From: Asterias rubens
Taxonomy: Eukaryota
Direction: 5' to 3'
Length of the DNA: 64,000 nt
NCBI RefSeq assembly: GCF_902459465.1
Contig: NC_047067.1
Span: 8,680,001 to 8,744,000 of the forward strand
The position numbers were made by a program, and so were the translations under genes. Under the pieces are notes generated by a model. It searched no databases. It was not told the origin of the DNA and saw nothing but the letters and a program-made list of their open reading frames with translations. Shown piece by piece: positions 49,001-58,000 of this stretch (its first letter is position 1; each line of letters starts with the position of its first letter).

Positions 49001-52000
49001 TTTTCGCAATTTCGACGACCAATTGACGTTGAGAGATACACCAAGTGAGAAGACTGGTCTGTGACATTTCCCAAAGTTGCCCAGTGTCTTTAACCATACA
49101 TGCAGTGATGTCCAGTGTCTTATACGGAATTAACAATACGCAACTCTCTCGCCTTCAACGATTACAGAATATTGCAGCAAGGATGATCACTCACACCAAG
49201 AAAACGGAACACATCACACCAGTGCTAGCCGGCTTGCACTGGCTCCCCATCCAACAAAGGGTTAAATATAAACTGTGCCTCATTATTTTCAAGATCTTGC
49301 AAGGTGATGCCCCAGCATATTTAAGTGATCTTGTGCAGATATACACCCCAGGACATCGTGGCTTACGGTCTACAAAACACAAACTCCTCAAGGAAAAAAC
49401 AACTAAACATGTATGGGGGGAGAAAAGTTTTCAAAGCGCAGCACCAAAGCTTTGGAACTCCCTCCCGGACACTGTGGAACTCTCCAAATCACTCAACACA
49501 TTCAAGAACAGTTTAAAAACTCATTTTCATAGAGAAGCTTTTCATGAAGTTTATTTTCTTATTTTGTTGTTTGCTACTTTCATTGCTTGTTGTTCCTTTG
49601 TAGAGTAGCGCCATGAGCGCCGCTTGCGGCAGATACCGGCGCTTTATTAAGTGTCCATTATTATTATTATTATTTAACCATGCGTGTAGTGATGCAATGG
49701 CTCAGCATTAAACTTAAATCCACCTGTCGTTCTTGTGCGTCTCCTAAGGTGCCTCTTCACTTCCTGATCAAAGTGACGGCAAGCGATGAAAACTGCCACC
49801 GACCTGGTTTCGTCAATCCAACCCCTGATAATGGAGAGTGTTTACCTGCGGCAGTCGATCAACCTAAGACGATTCGTCTCGCTGCAAGGAGTGAAAACTC
49901 CCAGTATGTGTAAGTTCTAATTATGCATGAACTCCAGGTTGGACTGACACACCCCTTGGTGACTCTTGTCAGTACTTGGCAAACCTGTATTGTTGATGTA
50001 TTTTCTGCTTTTTTGGATTCACACTTTTTACTGCCTGCCCCTTTTAAAATTGTGTTGTTACTTCGTCAGATGCTTCGCCACAACCGTATTATACTAAATT
50101 AGAGAAGTAATTTAGATGGTGTTTCCAAATATCTGAGAAGTATGAAGGAAAAGTCACAATTTTGAACTTTCCTTCAAATATGTCTTCATAGTTTAGACTT
50201 GTTTTCCTTACTGTTTATCGGTAATGTTAATATTTTTCTTAAAAGCACTTTCAGTGAAGGTATTTTCTTCCTAGGAAGTCATTTGTAGAGCCTTGTTTTA
50301 AGAAGTATGAAGGAAATGTCAGAAGTTGAAATATCCTCAGTAAAGACTTTATAATTTAGACTTGTTTATTTCGAATTTAAAAGCACTTTCAGAGAAGCCA
50401 TTTTCATTGTTTACCAATGTTTCATCGCATTTTTCCCCCTGCCATAAAGCATCACAGGCATATCTACTTTCGGACTTCCTCTGGGCATGGAAGTAACACC
50501 CCTGACCTCTGACCCAGCCGACCCCATGACCTTTTATGTTGACCTCCAGTGGACTCCGCCTCAGTCTCAGAGAGGACCTCATCACATCTGCTTCTCAGCG
50601 TTTGACCAAAAAGACGATCATGAGTATGTATTGAGCTTATAAATCCAGTTTTTCTACCTTAAACAAAAGTTTTTGTTTTTGATTTTTCTTCATTTAGGAG
50701 AAGAGTGCTGTGTAATAATGATATAAGTTTTTCTCATTCCACTATCAAACAAACTTGACTTCAAAAATCAGTATTGAAACAATACCAGGTTGAATTTTGA
50801 ATTTCTCCTTTTTTGTTGCAGGTTTGCTTCAGATCAAGTTTGCATAACAGTCCATGTGGGGGGTAAGTCGCTTTTAAAAATAATATATTGGAATTACCGA
50901 ACACTGAAATTAAGATGGTTTGTGACTTTTTCTTTCTCATTCCGAGAGTTACAAAGTATTTTACCCATAATATGTAAATTTAGAACCACCAGGTAAACTG
51001 AATGGGTAAACTTCCAGTAAAAACCGGGGTTGTCAAAGAAAAAATACCTAAAGATTGGACTGAAACCCGAGACCTATGTGCCGACACTTATCCAACTGAG
51101 CTATTCTGCCCTTTTTGAACTAGAAAGCTCAATTGGTTGAGTGTGGGTCTGTTAATCCGAAGACCACGGGTCCAAGTCCTTGTCAAGTCCACTTCTATTC
51201 GTTCAACCCAGCCAATATTTTCCTTTGCTAAAGCAGTTTAAGCAGTGCGTTTAAAGGAATGTTACAGAATTGGTAAGTCACAAAAATTGTGAAGAACACA
51301 GATTTACATAAAACTTACACGGTCTAATGATGATGATAGTTAAAAACATCCCTTGAAATATTTCTGTCTGAAATGTCATATTTGATGAGAAATAAATAAT
51401 CTAACTTCGCGTTTGGAGTTTATCGCTCAGTGAGCGCTTTATTTATTTTTATTTTGGTACAATGCAATGCAAAATTTGTAATCGGTTTTCACTATTTTCT
51501 CGTGACCCAGATGGCCGATCAATCTCAAACTTCCACAGGTTTGTCAGTTTATGTATATGGTGGATAACAGAAAGTGCTTACACTGCCAGCAACTTTTTTG
51601 TTAGCAAAAACCAATTCTGTAATGTTTCTTTAACAAACAAAATATATTTTTTGTAAAAAAAAGTTAATGGCCTGACATTTTGACCGTGTTTGCAGTGTTT
51701 AAAATTTTAATGAGTTACTAAATTACTGTTTTGTTTTTTGGTCAGCTCTTGCTACACACCCTGTGCCAGAGCTTTCCAGACCACATGAAGGAGAAGAAAT
51801 GGTTTCCATCTTCAATGAAGAGTGGGAGATACAGTTTGATTCCTCGGTAAGTTTCACTCTCAGAAAACTATCCTAAATAATACAGGGTTGAACCAAAGGC
51901 AAATTGTCAGTTACAGGTTGTTTAGCTTGTCTAGAGTGAGACTCCGTTTTCCTCTTTTCAGATAACACAACACGCAACAAGCGAGGGGGCTATAGTCTCA

Positions 52001-55000
52001 ATCATTAAAGTTGAAGGGAACGAGCCAGTCCACACGGTCAATCTCGCCGATGAGACTAATGTCCAATTCCCACTCGACGAACCTAATAAAGTCCTCTTTA
52101 CAACTCTGGGCTTGGTTCTTGAAGGAAGTACTGAGTATATGATTCGTGTGCACGAGGGCGCTGTTCTAAGTGCAGTGGGATGCAAGTCTGTTTCTGCCAG
52201 TCACGAGTGGCATTTCACAACTGGAAGTAAGTGTACATTTAAAGGGATTGTATGTTGAATGGAAACACACTGTTTGTTTTAATCCTATATTTAAGTTGGA
52301 GATACGAACCATATAGAACTAATCATTAATAATTTCATTTCTAATGGTGGTAGTGGTTTTGAGATATTGTCTGAAATCTGGAGCGGTTATGTTCACACAG
52401 AATAAAAAGTAACCTACAATTAGAATACACAATCTCAGATTCAAATTTTGGTTTACAAAATGTCCCTGATTGCAAGATACAAATGTTGGCACCTCTGTAT
52501 ATGAAGTAAAAACAGATTAGTAAATCATGGAGGTAGAAATAGATGAGTAAATAAAGCTCAAACAAAACCGCAGTGTCAAAACTTTTTCAAGGAAAGCTTA
52601 TACCCTGGTTCATTTTTCAAAACTTGTTCACCGCCTCTCTGCCTCATCAGGAGATTTGGTACTCGCTGCATCTCGTCTCCCTCCTCAAGAAGTCAGGAGG
52701 CATACCGTGGAGCCAGAGTGTTTTGCTGGCTACATGGCCATCTATGTGTCTAAATCTTGGTTATCATCGGTCAGCTCTCTGGTGGACCCTGCAGGGATGC
52801 ATCTCAACGAGCCGTCATGCATTGGAGAGGATTTCAACGAAACGCACTTCGTCTTGGGTGCTTCGCACGACATGTGTGGTACTGTTGTCACAGTAAGTTT
52901 ATAAATGGGATACCATGAACGTTATTGTGCTTTGGAGAGTATGTTTATGTTGTCAACCCAGATATGGCTGATTTTTGCCAATTTGATGCAACAGAATCTA
53001 AAACTCATTTTTTTGTGCCGTCCAATGTACAAGGTCTTGTTGAGACTTGGACCCAATTCTATAGCACTGTAAATTTTTGTGCTTACTGTAGCAGAAACAT
53101 ATTCTTAGGTGCAAGACTGTTTTGAAGGTAAGCCAGCTTGTGCGTTCACCATGGATTTGCATTGTGACGTTGTTAATTTCCATGCAGTAAGCATTGGAAG
53201 GTTTACATGCCTTTTTGTGTGCTGATGGTTAGCAGTGCTATGAAAAGGAAGCTCGCACAGTAAGCACAAAATTGGACGTTACGCAGCTCTATGAAATTGG
53301 GCCTAGAGTTTCTGTCATACGAAAGGCATTTGAACAGTGAAGTAAGTGACTTGTGGCATGATTACACAGGTTTGTAAGGGGAAAAGTGAAATCATACATG
53401 TAGCCCTGTGCAAATAGACCGGGAGATGAGAACACTGTGACCGCAAAAAAAACACGTTTTGATGAAGAAGAAAAAAATCAAATGTGCATCATATGAATGT
53501 TTTAAGAGGCATGTAAGCTTTAAGAGGCAGGAGAGAAACCAAAGCCTCTAAGTTAACCGTGACTTTTTATTTTTTCACAGTCGGAAACAGAAGACATTCA
53601 GGTAGTGGAAAACATTGTGTACATCCCACCACAGCCAGACAGCATCGGCTCTTCAGTCACCAGAGATAAGAACATCGAAGTCCACGTTGAGTGCCGTCTA
53701 ACAGGTTCACGGCTAGCTCATGTTCAGTTCGATCCTAACGTAACCACGATCATCTACCATGAAGTCGGTTATGGGACGTTCAACTTCCAGATGCGAATGT
53801 ACGAGGACAGCGCATTCCAGAGGAAGTTCAAACCCATTAACTTTCCCATCGACGTGGACCAAAGCCAGAGGTTGTACTTTGAAGCGAAGGTGGTGACGAA
53901 CGAAGACTTGTCAATGTTTCTGGATTCATGTCGAGCGACCCCAACGGCTAACCCCAGAGATCCAACAAAGTACATCTTCATTAATAAAGGGTAAAAAACA
54001 TTTTGCTTACATTGGTCATTTACAAAATGATACAGTATGGACTTGTTACCTCAGTTGACCTTGATTTCTGGTTCAAACCGAAAGTTTAACTTTAAAATTT
54101 GAAAAACTTGTGAGTCCTTAACCCTTTCAATACCATTGTCAAGTTTACTCGACCGCGCAGTGCAAGCGCTTCCTTACCATTGTCGAGAAAACTCGACCGT
54201 GCGTTGTGTAGTCGCTCCGTCCCAATGTCGAGAAAACTCGACAGAAAAAAAGGCTTGCCTTTGAGAGATTGTATTTATTTTGTTTGGCGCCCTCTGTTGT
54301 TAGGTTTTATATAGACTGGTTGCTTGTTTACCAAGCATTGCAATGGTATGTATTGTATAGGGGGTCGCCATTATGATTTTCTGAGAAAAGTACGTTTGAA
54401 GATTTCACGCTTCCGTTTTTTTTTGGACAAAAATCACCATCATGTCTCCTCATTGCACGAAGGTTTTGGTTTATATGTTTGCCTATAGTGACTCTATAAA
54501 AAGACTTGATGAGTTCTGAGAGAGAATCTAGTGAACATTTGGCAGCCAATCATGGTATTTCGTCGCCAGACATGCAGTCAGATGATGACAAAACCGGACT
54601 ATATAACAACGGTAGCTAAGTGGACCGAGCACGTCACCCGTTCAACGCCGTGGGCTTGGGCGTGCATGGCGGGCGGGCACCGACCGACTCGTGCTGGTCG
54701 AAGTGACCGTGGTAGCTGAACACTTTCAAAACAGATTTTTCAGCAAAATAGGTTCCGATTTTGGTACAAATGGAAATAGAAGCTTATAATAAAAACGATT
54801 ATATTTTCTGAGTAGTTTTTACAAACTTTTCTTGAGGAAAATTAGGTTGAAAATCTTGTCGTTTTTCTTGAGACAGAAATCCTGAATAAAAATAGAAGTA
54901 ATTCGTTTTAGCCAGAAATCTTGCAAACAAAATTAAGATAATAATATACAAATTTGACATCGTAGGAAAGGTTATTTCATATGCTACAAATTGCATGCAC

Positions 55001-58000
55001 AAAGTTTTTCCAAAAAATAATGTCTTCCCACAGAAATTCAAGATTGAAAACAGTACACACTGCAAATTGCGTTATATTTTTTTTAGTGTGAAAAAATACG
55101 GTACACAGCATTGTGACCTTTGTCAACAATGCGGTATCCGGTTCGGCGCTTGCAATAAACAATGTGGTATTGAAAGGGTTAAACACACATTGGATGTATT
55201 AACTATAGCAATCTATGAGTTAATGTACGAAAGAATCTCAACAAAATTAACAAAAGCTACACAAAATGGAAGTTGAAGTTTAAGATTTGAAACATGCCAT
55301 TCAGGAATTAGATTTTGATAGGGTAAAATGTCTCAACCAATTCTTTCAATCATCATTTGACTACATCACTCACGACACCTTGTTGTTATAGTTAAACTGA
55401 ATTAAACTAGATAACTAGTTTACTCTTGTATCCTCCAATCCAAATGACAAAGATCTTCTTGGATGATACATCCAATGAATCATGTAAGTTACAAATTCAT
55501 GTGAGAGATCAAAATATTGTTGTTTGTGACTTGTTGAAATGAACAATCAATGTTTTGACTCACAACATTTTTATCAAATTCAGTGAAATTTTTTGGGTGT
55601 AATTTTATGCTCTGAAGTGATGCAAAACTGATGTCTTTTTGTTGAACTTGATAAAATCACAAGGGGTCGAAAATTGGCAATAATTTGATCGAATCATAAG
55701 GGGTAAGACTTGACTTATTGTCAAAAATGGGCTCAAATTTGATAAAATCACAAGGGGTTTTACCTTGCATTTGTGTTGAAAATAGGTGAAAAATTGATAA
55801 CATCATAATTATTGTTGTTGAAAATAGGCAAAAAATATTTAAAATCATTGCACTTTTGTTGAAGTAATAACAAGGGGTAAATCTAGCATTTTTCGCTGAA
55901 AATTTTGATTACATCAAAAGGGGTATGTATGGCAGTTGCATTTTGATAAAAATACAAGGGCTAAGCCTTGCATTTTTGTTGAAAATAGGTGAAAAAAACT
56001 GATAAAATCATAAGGGGTAAGCATTGCATTTTGGTTGAAAATAGGTAAAAATTTGATAAAACCGCAAGGGGTACTGCCTTGCATTTTGGTTGAAAATAGG
56101 CGAAAAATTGATAAAATTATAAGGGGTAAGCCTTGCATTTTTGTCAAAATTAGGATTAAATTTGATAAAAATATAAGGAATAAGCCTCGCAATTTTGATG
56201 AAAATAGGCAAAAATTTGATAAAATCACAAGGGGTAAGCCTTGCATTTTGGTTGAAAATAGGCGAAAAATTTATAAAATCATGCCTTGCATTTTTGTTGA
56301 AAATAGGTGAAAAATTGATAAAATCACAAGGGGTAAGCCTTGCATTTTTGTTGAACATAAGCGAAAAATTGATAAAGTCATAAGGGGTAAGCATTGCATT
56401 TTGGTTGAAAATAGGTGAAAATTTGATAAAATCACAAGGGGTAAGCCTTGCATTTTGGTTGAAAATAGGCGAAAAATTGATAAAATTACAAGGGGTAAGC
56501 CTTGCATTTGTGTTGAAAAAGGGTACAAAATTGATAAAATCATAAGGGGTAAGCCTTGCATTTGGGTTGAAAATAGGTGAAAATTTGATAAAACCACAAG
56601 GGGTAAATAAGCCTTGCATTTTGGTTGGAAATAGGTGAAAATTTGATAAAATCACAAGGGGTAAGCCTTGCATTTTGGTTGAAAATAGGCGAAAAATTTA
56701 TAAAATCATGCCTTGCATTTTTGTTGAAAATAGGTGAAAATTGATAAAATCACAAGGGGTAAGCCTTGCATTTTTGTTGAACATAAGCGAAAAATTTATA
56801 AAATCAAAAGGGGTAAGCCTTGCATTTTGGTTGAAAAATAGGCAAAAATTTGATAAAATCACAAGGGCCTTGCATTTTTGTCGAAAACAGGCTTAAAATT
56901 GATAAAAATCATAAGGGGTAAGTCTTGCATTTGTGTTGAAAATATGCATAAAATGATCAAATCACAAGGGGTAAGCCTTGCGTTTATTGTTGAAAATATG
57001 CAAAAATTGATTGATAAAATCGTAAGGGGTAAGCCTTGCATTTTTGTTTAAAATAGGTGAAAATTTGATAAAACCACAAGGGGTAAGCATGGCATTTTTG
57101 TTTAAAATAGGTGAAAATTGATAAACCCCAAGGGTAAGCCTTGCATTTTGGTTGAAAAATAGGTGAAAATTTGATAAAATCACAAGGGGTAGCCTTGCAT
57201 TTGTGTTGAAAATAGGTAAAAAAATTGATAAAATCATAAGGGGTAAGCCTTGCATTTTGGTTTAAAATAGGTGAAAATTTGATAAAATCACAAGGGGTAA
57301 GCCTTGCATTTTTGTTGAAAATAGGAGAAATTTTGATAAAATTACAAGGGGTAAGCCTTGCATTTGTGTTGAAAAAAGGTAAAAAATTGATAAAATCATA
57401 AGGGGTAAGCATTGCATTTTTGTCAAAATTAGGAATAAATTTGATAAAAATATAAGGGACAAGCCTTGCGTTTATTGGTGAAAATATGCAAAATTTGATA
57501 AAATCACAAGGGGTTATTAGCCTTGCATTTTGGTTGAAAATAGGCGAAAAATTTATAAAATCATAAGGGGTAAGCCTTGCATCTTTGTAAAAATTAGGAT
57601 TAAGTTTGATAAAAATATAAGGGATAAGCCTTGCGTTTATTGTTGAAAATATGCAAAAATTGATAAAATCAGAAGGGGTAAGCCTTGCATTTTTGTTGAA
57701 AATAGGTGAAATATTTATAAAATTGTAAGGGGTAAGCATTGCATTTTGTCAAAATTAGGATTAAATTTGATAAAATCAAAAGGGGTAAGCATTGCATTTT
57801 GGTTGAAAATAGGTGAAAATTTGATAAAATCACAAGGGGTAAGCCTGGCATTTTGGTTGAAAATAGGCGAAAAATTGATAAAATCATTAGGGGTAAGCCT
57901 TGCATTTTTGTCAAAATTAGGATTAAATTTGAGAAAACTAGAAGGGATAAGCCCTGCATTTATGTTGAAAATAGGCACAAATTTGATAAAATCACAAGGG

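Noticed and set aside
51115-51183. Functional tRNA-Asn gene
   Set aside because: The acceptor stem and B box are degenerate. It is better explained as a SINE head or pseudogene.
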